A stretch of 64,000 nucleotides of DNA from an uncultured Methanosarcinaceae archaeon (GTDB taxonomy: Archaea > Halobacteriota > Methanosarcinia > Methanosarcinales > Methanosarcinaceae). Below, in pieces: positions 47,608-58,736 of this stretch. The position numbers were made by a program, and so were the translations under genes. Below the pieces are notes generated by a model. It was not told where the DNA came from, ran no database searches, and saw nothing but the letters and a program-made list of their open reading frames with translations. Each line of letters begins with the position of its first letter. Position 1 is the first letter of the stretch. The DNA lies in NCBI GenBank assembly GCA_963733675.1, contig CAVTET010000003.1, positions 480,001-544,000 on the forward strand, in the 5' to 3' direction.

Positions 47608-50043
47608 ATGAAAAAAAATCACATTATAAATAATGATGTAAATATAGTAAAAAAATTAGTAATTTTTACTGAACTTCTGGCTTTGTTCTTGGTAATAAGT
47701 TCATCAATAGCATTGGCATATACCGGACTTTCAGAAGAAAACAAACCAATATCTGTACATACTATCAATAATTTTAGTCATAGTGACAATAACTTTATTC
47801 ACAAAGATAATGTAAACCAAACTAAATTTTCTACAAATGTTGGACTTGCACCAGAAAATCCTAAATTTGCCGAATACAAGAATAGAAAACTTGTCTACCA
47901 AACCACACCGTCCCCAAATGGACATAAATCTGGCTTCTCACCCTCACCTGTGGATCTTAGTCATCTCAAACATACTTCAGGTGCAGACGTATATGCTTCA
48001 GCAAAAACATCTATTCCAACTTCCTATGACCTACGAACTCTTAACAAAGTAACTCCTGTGAAAAATCAGGGTTCTGCAGGTTCGTGTTGGACATTTGCAA
48101 CTGATGCATCCCTTGAATCATATTTAATGCCAGACGAAACCTGGAGCTTTTCAGAAAATAATATAAAAAACGTGCTCTCTTCTGCAAATAGCCCGCAAGG
48201 TTTTGATCGCGGTCCAAGTGACGGAGGAGACTTTGTGATGTCAACTGCTTACGAAGCTCGTTGGAGCGGACCTGTAAACACCAGTGATGACCCCTACGAC
48301 GCTTCATCAAGCTTTTCGTCCAGTGAGCTCGGACTTCCTGTACATAAACATGTACAAAACGTAACTTTTCTCCCGAACAGAAATGGTCCTACGGACAATG
48401 ATGCAATAAAACAGGCAATTATGAATTATGGAGCAGTGTGCACTGCCCTGTATTTCTCTCCCACTGACACTAATAGTTATAACCAAAACACATACGGTTA
48501 TTACTATAGTGGAACAACAGCTTCTGACCATGCAGTGACCATTGTTGGCTGGGACGACTCTTATAGTAAAAATAATTTCTCCACAACTCCACCCGGAGAT
48601 GGAGCATTTATCATAAAAAATAGCTGGGGTACAACTGCAGCAGATTGGGGTAATGTAAATAATGATAATGGGTATTTCTATGTTTCCTATTATGATTCTA
48701 AGGTGGGATACGATATGAATACACAATTCACGGCTGAAAACCCTAAAGATTATACAAACATCTACCAATACGATCCACTTGGATGGACCCAGCAAATTAA
48801 CACATCGCAAACTAATCCCACAACTGGCTGGGGTGCAAACATCTTTACTGCAAATTCTAATGAAGTTCTCAAAGCAATAAGTTTCTATACAACAGACCTA
48901 AACTGCAATTATGTAATTAATATCTACAATAATATAGGGTCCAACCCCAATCAAGGTACTCTTGCTCTTACCCAAAGTGGAACAATTTCAAGTGCAGGTT
49001 ATCATACAGTTCCACTGAATTCCGAAGTTCAGCTCAACGCCGGCCAAAAATTTTCAGTAGTACTGGAGCTTACAAACCCTACATATCAATACCCGATTCC
49101 TGTGGAAATGCCTATCAGTGGCCATAGTAGTCAGGCAACAGCAAATACATCCGAAAGTTTTGTAAGTTCTGATGGAAATACCTGGACCGATATAACAACA
49201 GAGCCGGGTTACTCAAATACTGATGTGTGCATCAAAGCATTTACTGGTCCAGAAAGTAGTTCTGAAAAAGGTTTACCCATCGCGAATTTCAATACCAACG
49301 TAACCAATGGTAATGTTCCCCTTACGGTTCAATTTACAGACCTATCGACAGATGCCATCGGACAGAAGTGGAACTTTGGAGACGGAGCTAGATCAATTCA
49401 GAAGAATCCAATGCATACTTACCTCACAGCAGGAGTCTATACAGTTAATTTGACAGTAAGCAATGCAGTAGGTACAAATTCAAAGCTCGCTACAATATAT
49501 GTTTTGAAAAAGGGTTTACCCAAGCCGAATTTCAATACCAACGTAACCAGTGGTAATGTTCCCCTTGCGGTTCAATTTACAGATCTCTCGACAGATGCAA
49601 AAGGATGGGGATGGGACTTTGGAGACGGAGCTACTTCAACTGAGATGAATCCAATGCATACCTACATTGCTGCAGGAGTTTATACCGTTACCGAGACTGT
49701 AAGCAACACAAACGGCACAAATTCAATGCTTGCTACAATAAATGTTTTGACAACAACTCCTCAAAATAATACTCCTACAATTACCTGGAGTAACCCTGCT
49801 GACATACTCTATGGTATACCATTGAGCAATATTCAGCTGGATGCATCTGCTTCAGATCCTGTATCTGGAGAAACAGTGCCTGGAACCTTTGTTTATACCC
49901 CACAATCAGGAACTATATTGAGACCAGGTATACAGACATTATCTGTTTCTTTCACACCAGATGATAGTACAAACTATAATACAGCATCAAAGACTGTTAC
50001 CATCAGAGTAAGACACCATCGACGCCATTACTGGGGGAGCTAA
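47608..50043 (+). CDS. Secreted papain-family (C1A) cysteine protease with lectin-like, two PKD and a C-terminal Ig-like domain
   Basis: Signal peptide; NQGSAGSCWTF, DHAV and IKNSWG catalytic motifs; two W(N/D)FGDG PKD repeats. Confidence 0.93.
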   Translation: MKKNHIINNDVNIVKKLVIFTELLALFLVISSSIALAYTGLSEENKPISVHTINNFSHSDNNFIHKDNVNQTKFSTNVGLAPENPKFAEYKNRKLVYQTTPSPNGHKSGFSPSPVDLSHLKHTSGADVYASAKTSIPTSYDLRTLNKVTPVKNQGSAGSCWTFATDASLESYLMPDETWSFSENNIKNVLSSANSPQGFDRGPSDGGDFVMSTAYEARWSGPVNTSDDPYDASSSFSSSELGLPVHKHVQNVTFLPNRNGPTDNDAIKQAIMNYGAVCTALYFSPTDTNSYNQNTYGYYYSGTTASDHAVTIVGWDDSYSKNNFSTTPPGDGAFIIKNSWGTTAADWGNVNNDNGYFYVSYYDSKVGYDMNTQFTAENPKDYTNIYQYDPLGWTQQINTSQTNPTTGWGANIFTANSNEVLKAISFYTTDLNCNYVINIYNNIGSNPNQGTLALTQSGTISSAGYHTVPLNSEVQLNAGQKFSVVLELTNPTYQYPIPVEMPISGHSSQATANTSESFVSSDGNTWTDITTEPGYSNTDVCIKAFTGPESSSEKGLPIANFNTNVTNGNVPLTVQFTDLSTDAIGQKWNFGDGARSIQKNPMHTYLTAGVYTVNLTVSNAVGTNSKLATIYVLKKGLPKPNFNTNVTSGNVPLAVQFTDLSTDAKGWGWDFGDGATSTEMNPMHTYIAAGVYTVTETVSNTNGTNSMLATINVLTTTPQNNTPTITWSNPADILYGIPLSNIQLDASASDPVSGETVPGTFVYTPQSGTILRPGIQTLSVSFTPDDSTNYNTASKTVTIRVRHHRRHYWGS

Positions 50044-50527
50044 TAAGAAAAATCACCGAGTACAAGAGCTGCGGAGTATAAAATAAAATAGCATCATGGC
50101 CATTTTTGTCAAGGTATTTTGGATAAATTCTTGCTAAACTGCCTTGAATTGATGGCCATGTTTTTTCCTATAAGTTTGATTCCATATGCATAAAAATAGA
50201 ATTTACTGATAATTTAAGGCCTTAACTATTTGGTTAGGGAATTCGTTAACTTAAAAATGACTAATGCAATTTAATCCATCCCTCTCTAGTTATACTTATA
50301 TGTCTACATAAAATACATTAAAAGTAAAGCATTTTTTGTCTATTGTATCATAGCAGAATACAAATGGTTGTTTGTGAAATGCTAACAACAAACGAAATAC
50401 ATCGGCAAAACTGAAAAATATTTCCACAATCGCTTTTTATTCTCTATAGTTTAAGGTAATGACTTAAAGTTTAGCTTGCTGTTCTCCAGGATCCAGCTTT
50501 GAATATGAACAAGTTAACTATACACAT

Positions 50528-50613
50528 AACAATGATGCATAGTTTTCATCTTAAAACTTATGTCTCAGTGAAAACAATAGAAATATAATAATTGTAAGTA
50601 AAATTATTGACTT
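50528..50613 (+). repeat. Left arm of an 86-bp inverted repeat
   Basis: 83/86 identical to the reverse complement of 52112-52197. Confidence 0.92.
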
Positions 50614-50930
50614 AAATCCTGTTTTCATGATGAAATGAAATTATCTTAATTTCCTAGTGATAAGTTAAGTATATAAAATATTAATTCAACAATTCTACAA
50701 CATTGCTTTGTATATAATTAATAACGAATTTGAATCGAATAAAAGTATGTCGAAATAGAATTATAAAAGCTTATTTAAAATAATTGTTTAATTTTTACAG
50801 GTTTTAACCCTCTTTTAGGATGTTGTTTTTAATGCAACGAGGTGTAAATTTAAAATATCGTTTGAAATTAAAATAATTTTCGAAAAATTTATTATTGTAA
50901 GGAAAAGTTTTTTGTTAATATTACGGGCAA

Positions 50931-51169
50931 TCAAGTAAAATAATTTGTAATTTTGGATTCACCGTAATATTCAGCTCTGGTGTTCAAATCTCTAAGATGC
51001 ACTACAACAGCATCAAACTTATCTCTTATATTCGGCCCCTTGCTGCATGCCTCTGCAATAGAGCTTGCTTTTGCATCTGAAGCATTATAATTACCTGCAA
51101 ACACGTATAGAACTCGCCCACCAGACGGGCCTGTATAATCCTGAAATCGGATATTTTGATATTGTTCGA
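50931..51169 (-). pseudogene. Start-less gene fragment cut by a MITE
   Basis: Open frame of about 78 codons EQYQNIRFQDYTGPSGGRVLYVFAG...KITNYFT* begins at the MITE edge. Confidence 0.55.
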
Positions 51170-51295
51170 GCTCATCCCAAAACTATCCTTGTTTCAAATC
51201 ATTAAGAGACCCAAAATTATTCTCCATAATCAGAAACTCATTTGATAATTAAAAATACGAACTTCTGAGAAGCAATTTTGAGTTTTGGGATCAGC
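51170..51295. mobile_element. 126-bp MITE-like element
   Basis: IR GCTCATCCCAAAACT / AGTTTTGGGATCAGC (14/15). Confidence 0.7.
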
Positions 51296-52111
51296 GCAAA
51301 GACAATTTAATCTTGGCAGTACATGCTATAGTACTTCAGGTAGGGAGAAAGTAAAGAATCACAAACATTCCTAATGAGATCGATTTCACTACTATATATA
51401 CTTTTAAGCAATTGAGCTAGAGATTATTAACTATTACAGCGTTGATATCCTATCTAAATAAAACTTATAGTCAGTACTATTTTCCGTCATGCAAAACAAA
51501 ATTGACTGTTTTGATTTAAAAAGCCTTTAGATTGTGAATTTCTAATTTTGTCTCATTTTCATGGTCATAATGTACGATGCCAGTTGCTTCAGATGTTTAG
51601 CCACTGCCTTATAATCCTTATTTTAGATATTGCCAATTCTGTATATATCGATTTTATGGATTTTTCATAACTTCAATACATTTGACTATATTCTTCTTTA
51701 AAATTACCATATAATCAATTTGAGCTTTACTACGGCTGTTGTATACTCATTTCTAATAATTTCTACTACTTAACTTGATTACTTAAGCATTAATTATATC
51801 ATTTGCTGAATCAATTAGTAGCTGGACGTTTATTGGTAAGCATACCATTGTCGATGTAAAGATCTACTTCAATAAAAAAATTATTCATTTAACAGTTGTT
51901 TTATTTGTTTTGCCAGAATTTAGGCTACTCTCCACAGGGTTTAGTTCAGCTATCAATAGCCGAATGACTTTACTAGACAGCTTACTCAAAATGACCAAAT
52001 TTTGTACATAAGTAATCAGTTAATTGATTTCCTTCATAGACGTTAGTACATTGATTGAAGCGTTGAGTCTTCAGCAGCACTTATTATTTTGTTCTTTGAT
52101 GAAGTTAATGG

Positions 52112-52197
52112 AAGTCAATAATTTTACTTACAAATATTATATTTCTATTGTTTCTACTGAGACATAAGTTTTAAGATGAAAACTATGCATCATTGTT
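52112..52197 (-). repeat. Right arm of the 86-bp inverted repeat
   Basis: Pairs with 50528-50613. Confidence 0.92.
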
Positions 52198-52491
52198 TTT
52201 AGATGGATATGTTCTACCTTATATTTGTAGGTTTTTTGGCTTGTTTCGGGATCTAAGTTAAAAGTTTTTTTTCAAAAAAATTGTTTTGCAAATTAAAAAG
52301 TGGATGGATTGGCGTCATTGTAAAGTTTTTTTAAAACTTGACAACTAAAAAAGATGTGACAATTATTTTAATTTATAAGTAAATATATTACTAAATAAAA
52401 AAGTTTACTGTGTAGAGTAAAGTATTATTCATGTGTATTTTTGTTGGTATTTTTGAGCATTAATATCCGAACAAACATCGAGAGACTGAAA

Positions 52492-52950
52492 ATGAACGAA
52501 AATAAATGTGATAAAGCAGATAGAAAGCATACAATCATAACGGTTTTAGGAACCGCTGCACTGGTGCTTTTAATGTTAGTAAGTATCGCAGGCGCAGCGC
52601 ACTCTTCAGATGCTTGGCTAAAAAAAGGCATCGCTCTTGAAATTATAAACAAGCATGAAGAAGCCATAAAAGCATATGACAAAGTAATTGAAATTGACCC
52701 TCAGTATTTTGAAGCTTGGACCAATAAAGGGAATGCTCTAAAAGAATTAGGCAATAACGATGAAGCAATAAAGGCATATGACAAAGCAATTGAAATTAAC
52801 CCACAAGATTCAGATGCTTGGAACAATAAAGGATTTGCTTTTGATAATTTAAACAAACCTGATGAAGCTATAAAAGCCTTTGAAAATGCAATTGAAATTA
52901 ATTCACAGAATTCAATAGCTAGGTACCATAAAGGAACTTTATCTAACTAG
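52492..52950 (+). CDS. Short secreted or membrane-anchored TPR protein
   Basis: Signal-like LVLLMLVSIAGAA, then three 34-aa TPRs (AW.NKG..L....EAIKAYDKAIEINP); probably truncated. Confidence 0.85.
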   Translation: MNENKCDKADRKHTIITVLGTAALVLLMLVSIAGAAHSSDAWLKKGIALEIINKHEEAIKAYDKVIEIDPQYFEAWTNKGNALKELGNNDEAIKAYDKAIEINPQDSDAWNNKGFAFDNLNKPDEAIKAFENAIEINSQNSIARYHKGTLSN

Positions 52951-53879
52951 ATTAAATAAATGCGATTAATAGGTTGAATAGCTATTTAATTTCTCGTTAT
53001 TTTTATTCTTCGTGAGTTATATATAACAACTTTTTGGTTCTTCATTATAACACATGTTTTTACGAAAACTGTGTATCTATTATACAATCAGGTAAAAAGG
53101 TCCTATAATCTCGGCTGAAAAAGTAGAAAATACATAGGTTTTCTTACAAAAAAACTGTGCATAACCAGAGGGCAAATTTCACAGAAACCGACAAATTATG
53201 AAAATTCTTCAACTTAGGACCCAAATCATAGGTATGTTTAAGAAAAAGATTGTACTTTTTGAAACTTGTTATTATTTCCAGATTTTTCCCAGAAGATATT
53301 AAAAGTCTCATCTATAGAAAAGGTGATATGGTGATCTTAAATTGATTGAGCATTTACGTTCTTGCCTTCCAGAATATTAAAGTTTAAATATCTAACAGGT
53401 TGAAAGTTTTGATATCTATAGATACAATTTGTGTAAGCATACGTTAACATCGCCATCATTGAAACTGAAAGAAGCTTTTAAAAGGTGATGGAGAATATAC
53501 CTGTCTTTGCTAAAATTATTCCAGCTGCACTTCATAATCAGTATATCCAACAAGATTGGAGAGTTGTTAGGAATCAGAAACATTAACTATCTCATCATGA
53601 AAAATGCTTCTTATAATTAGGATAAATTCAGTATGTAGTATTGCAGTTCGTGGTGCTATAACTCTTGAGAATTAAACAGGTATAGTGAGAGTTCACATTT
53701 AATCTAGTACCAAATAAATAATAATGGATTGGAAATATTAAAGAGAACATAGAACAGGTATTAATCTTCAACCTGTACTTTTGGCAAAGGAACTAATATA
53801 TTGCTTTCAATATAGAACAAATTGAAATAGATAGTAAGTAAGGATTTTAGACTTCAGGACTATTTTTGGAGAAATATTC

Positions 53880-56800
53880 ATGGAAATTATCCCTGAACAT
53901 CCTTTTATTGATAGACAAGGTCATATTCAAACCTTCAAAGTAGCTGTAAATAATATTGGGCAAAAAGAATTTAGTATCCTAGTTTACTATGGAGTTGCCG
54001 GTATTGGCAAAACATGTTTATGGAAAGAATTTCTAAAGCATTTAGGAGAATATAACCTTAAATATCAACATCAGAAAGTTATATGGGCTTCAATTGACCT
54101 ACAACTGGATGAACACAGAGAAAAAACTACTATGTTAATGGCTCTTAAAAATGAGCTACATAAAAAGTCAAAAATAAACTTCCCTGCTTTTGAAATTGCA
54201 CATGCTATTTATTGGAAAAAAGCAAATCCAGAAGTTCCTATCAGAAAAGAGAACTATTTATTTTTTGAAGGTAACGATGCCTTTAATGTTTTTTTTGGAG
54301 TTACTAATCAAATACCGTACTTTAGTCTAGTGCCTGCTGTTGCGAGATTACTTAATAGCCTTCCGAACGATATCAGGAAATGGTGGACAAAGAGAATAGA
54401 AGAAGAACTCAAACAACTTTCAGAAAAAGAACCTTCGGAAATTAAAGAAATGCTTCCCTATTTCTGGGCACTTGATCTTAATAATTATCTGAAAGATACT
54501 TCTCAGTCTGTAGTTTTATTTATAGATACCTATGAAGCCTTGTGGGAAAATCATAAAAGTGAAGGCTATTCTCTAGATGAATGGATCAGAGAAGAGCTAA
54601 TATTCCGCTTACCAAAAAAAGTACTATGGGTTATTTGTGGCAGGGAAATACTTAGATGGGATGAAGTTAGGTGCAATTGGGGGGAGCATCTTACTCAGTA
54701 TGAGGTAGAGGAACTGCTCAGAAAATACTGTATAGAATATCTTGAAAGTCGAGGAATTATGGACGAAGAGATCCGGGAAGGTATATTTAAAGGGAGTAAA
54801 GGAGTTCCTTACTATCTAGAACTAGATATCTATGTTTATTTAAAAACTTGTGATATCGAAAAGAGAAAGCCAAATCCGGAAGATTTTGGAGATGATCATC
54901 GAAAAATCACAGAGAGATTCTTCAGATTTTTAAGTCCTGAAGAAAAGAATGCATTAAATGTTCTTTCGGTTCCACATTTTTGGGACTATGACCTTTTTGA
55001 ATATCTGGTAAAAGAGTTTAACATAGGATATCCAACAAATAATTTTGAAAACTTGTGCAGTTTTTCATTTATTGAAAAAGTCAAAAATAATCACCAGCAA
55101 ATGCACCAATTGATGCGAGAATGTCTTCAAAGAACCCAGGAAAAGAAAAAGCCAGAATCAGTAAAAAGAATTCATAAAGCAATAAATAAATATTATAGTA
55201 ATAAACTTAAGAATATAAATATTCAAAGGATTACTCTAGAACACGAAAATGCCTTTACAGAAGCCTTTTATCACGCAAAGGAATCACTTGAAGCAGAAGA
55301 GCTGTTCAATTGGTTTATTAATGCATCAGATCCGTTCTATAAAATCGCATACTGGCAATTAATTGCCCCTAGATATGAAGAAATACTACAAATTCTGGAA
55401 AAAAAACTCGGACCTGAACACCCCGACTTTGCAAATTTATTAACCAATCTTGCTAGACTCTATGATAATATTGGAGAATATGAAAAAGCAATTCCACTTT
55501 ATCAAAGGGCGCTTAACATTCGGGAAAATTTTTTGGGCCCCCAACATCCAGCCGTTGCAACCACCTTAAATGATCTCGCAGGACTCTATAAAAATACGGG
55601 GGAATATGTACAAGCGCTCCCACTTCATCAAAAAGCGCTGGATATTTTTGAAAATTTTTTGGGTACCCAACACCCAGATGTTGCAACCACCTTAAATGAT
55701 CTCGCAGGACTCTATGAAAGTATGGGAGAATATGAAAAAGCCCTCCCATTTTATCAAAGGGCGCTTGGTATTCGTGAAAAGGTTCTGGATCCCCAACACC
55801 CAGATGTTGCAACAACCCTAAACAATCTTGCATTATTATATGATAATATGGGAGATTATGAACAAGCCCTCCCACTTCATCAAAAAGCACTTGATATTCG
55901 TGAAAAGGTTATAGGTCTCCAACACCCAGATGTTGCAACAACCCTAGACAATCTCGCTGGACTCTATTATCAGATGGGTGATTACGAAAAAGCCCTCCCA
56001 TTTTATCAAAGGGCGCTTGGTATTCGTGAAAAGGTTCTGGATCCCCAACACCCAGATGTTGCAGCAACCCTAAACAATCTCGCTGGACTCTATAAAAGTA
56101 AGGAAAATTACGAAAAAGCACTTCCACTTTATCAAAGGGCACTTGATATTCGTGAAAATGTTCTGGGTCCCCTACATCCATCTGTCGCAGTAACCTTAAA
56201 CAATCTCGCAGGACTCTATGAAAGTATGGGGGATTATGAAAAAGCACTTCCACTTTATCAAAGGGCACTTGATATTCGTGAAAATGTTCTGGGTCCCCAA
56301 CACCCAGATGTTGCAACAATCCTAGACAATCTCGCAGGACTCTATGAAAGTATGGGGGATTATGAAAAAGCACTTCTACTTTATCAAAGGGCACTTGATA
56401 TCCGTGAAAATGTTTTGGGTCCCCAGCACCCATATGTTGCAACAATCCTAGACAATCTCGCAGGACTCTATTATCAAATGGGTGATTATGAAAAAGCACT
56501 CCCACTTTGTCAAAGGGCACTTGAAATATATGAAAATGTTCTGGGTCCCCAACACCCAGATGTTGCAACAACCCTAAACAATCTTGCATTACTATATGAT
56601 AATATGGGAGATTACGAAAAAGCACTCTCACTTTGTCAAAAGGCCCTTGAAATATATGAAAATGCTCTGGGTCCCCTACAGCTATCTGTTGCAGCAACCC
56701 TAAACAATCTCGCTGGACTCTATGAAAGTATGGTAGATTATGAAAAAGCACTCCCACTTTATCAAAGGGCACTTGAAATATATGAAAATGTTCTGGGTTC

Positions 56801-57179
56801 CCAACATCCAGATGTTGCAACAACCCTAAACAATCTTGCATTACTATATGATAATATGGAAGATTATGAAAAAGCACTCCTACTTCATCAAAAAGCACTT
56901 GATATTTTTGAAAATGTCCTGGGTTCGCAACACCCATCTGTTGCAACAATTCTAAACAATCTCGCATTACTATATGATAATATGGGAGATTACGAAAAAG
57001 CACTTCCACTTTATCAAAGGGCCCTTGAAATATATGAAAATGTTCTGAGTCCCCAACATCCATCTGTTGTAACAACCCTAAACAATCTCGCAGGACTTTA
57101 TGAAAGTATGGGTAATTATGAAAAAGCGCTTTCACTTTATCAAAGAATAGAAATTAATTACAATCACCCAAAACAGTAA
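53880..57179 (+). CDS. P-loop NTPase (STAND-like) fused to 14 kinesin-light-chain-type 42-aa TPR repeats
   Basis: FIDR, Walker A GVAGIGKT, Walker B LFIDTYE, ICGR, GVP..L and MHQLMR; C-terminal repeats. Confidence 0.9.
   Translation: [1099 protein letters not shown]
55407..57150 (+). repeat. 14 tandem 126-bp coding repeats (last one incomplete)
   Basis: Unit [42 protein letters not shown]. Confidence 0.95.
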
Positions 57180-57690
57180 TAAATTTTTCTGCTTCGTCGT
57201 TGCATAGATGTTTCTTTAAGACCTGTATATCAATAAAACAATAAAAACAGAAGTTTCGTCAGCATAACCATGGGTTGTTATCCATCTTTTTCTTTAATTA
57301 CAAAATAAGGTTTCTTGGTTTTACTGATACATAGGTTTTATAGCATAAACTATGCATAATCACTGGATTCACATTCAAATATTGATCCAGGAGAACAAAA
57401 TAATAAGTACTGCTGAAGACTCAAAAAGAAAAAAGACAATATCGATTACCTTAAGGGATATCATTATTGCCCGGGAAAATTAGGTGACTAACCCTTTTAA
57501 ATTATGCATGGAGATTATATTTATCAACATGGAATTGACAGCAATGAAATATTGTTTGTGTAGTTAGTGAGATAACCAATCCGGTGCTTTTAAGCTTATT
57601 TTTCCCTAACTGTTTAACTTTTTCTGCTAACAGGCTGAAAAATCCCTGTTTTTTATTGGGAAGAAAAAGATACAGAATCAACTACGCTTT

Positions 57691-57715
57691 ACAGAACTTT
57701 CGGTACACTGCCAAA
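57691..57715 (-). repeat. 25-bp perfect inverted repeat, left arm
   Basis: ACAGAACTTTCGGTACACTGCCAAA is the reverse complement of 58733-58757. Confidence 0.92.
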
Positions 57716-57800
57716 CTATTGGTAATAAGATGCTCAGAGCTACTACTCGAACTTGGGAAATAATAATCATATCGCGGAAACTATACCCCATCGCTATTTT

Positions 57801-58475
57801 TCACCTTCTTGAATTTTCAGCGTCGAATTCTTGTACTGCACGATACCAATTATGTTCTTCAGAATAATTAGGGTACTGTCGCGAAATATAGTAAGCTCGT
57901 TCAGAAACCCATTCTCTTTTTACCTCTGCTATTAGTTTTATTTCTTTATAGAACTGGTCATACGAACAATAAATTGCTTCTTCTTGTGATAAATATCGTT
58001 GATTATTCAATATTTTTTTAGACTTTTCAATTATTCTATTTACAAAGTATTTTTCTGAATCATACCACTCAAATTCCATATTACAAGCGTTTTTCCAAAT
58101 AAAATAAGCTTTGACTCTTATAAATTCAATTTTTGCCCACACAGATGCAGCATTTTGATCCAATTGATTGTTCGTTTTTTGTAACAACTTTTGGGCATAC
58201 TCTTCGCAATTACTGCAAATCTCTGCCCTTTTATAAAACTCGCTCTCTGCTTTTAACCAGTTATCCAGAGTATTGTCTTTAGTTGCACAGCATATTAAAT
58301 AAGCGCGAAACTCGATTTCTGATTTAACGATGTTTTTAGCTTTCTCCACTGAAACTTGCCAATTATAACCTTTGTTTATTAAATTATTTGCTTCTTGTTT
58401 AATTCTATAATTCAACTCTTTCTCTGCCCTCAACCAATTTTTCACACAATTACTCCTGTTTTTCTTTACCAGCAT
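57801..58475 (-). CDS. Hypothetical protein with tandem DUF2934-like motifs
   Basis: I..RAY.I...NW..AE.E motif occurs three times in full plus one partial copy. Confidence 0.65.
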   Translation of the reverse strand: MLVKKNRSNCVKNWLRAEKELNYRIKQEANNLINKGYNWQVSVEKAKNIVKSEIEFRAYLICCATKDNTLDNWLKAESEFYKRAEICSNCEEYAQKLLQKTNNQLDQNAASVWAKIEFIRVKAYFIWKNACNMEFEWYDSEKYFVNRIIEKSKKILNNQRYLSQEEAIYCSYDQFYKEIKLIAEVKREWVSERAYYISRQYPNYSEEHNWYRAVQEFDAENSRR

Positions 58476-58736
58476 AAAACATTTGAATATTTCTTTTCAT
58501 TTTTGTGCATCAGTATTAAGTTTAATGGTTGCTGCCAAAAATAAGATGTATAGTTTTTTGTGTCTAAATCTATGCATTTCCTAAGTTCATAAGAAATAAG
58601 AAAAGGTTACTGATCTATGACTCATGGAGATTATGGGACTTCTAAAACATGTGGCGCTCCTGGAACACTTGGAACTAATTAACCCAAACAACCATTGTAA
58701 ATAGAAAAATAAGGAAATAGTAAATATATGGTTTTG

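Noticed and set aside
55909-57135. 408-aa antisense ORF (and 55513-55890)
   Set aside because: Shadow of the 126-bp TPR repeats; a stop-free unit repeated in tandem gives a long antisense frame
55407-57150. Possible CRISPR array or DGR target
   Set aside because: Repeats are in-frame coding units without unique spacers; no cas gene, reverse transcriptase or template repeat is in the window
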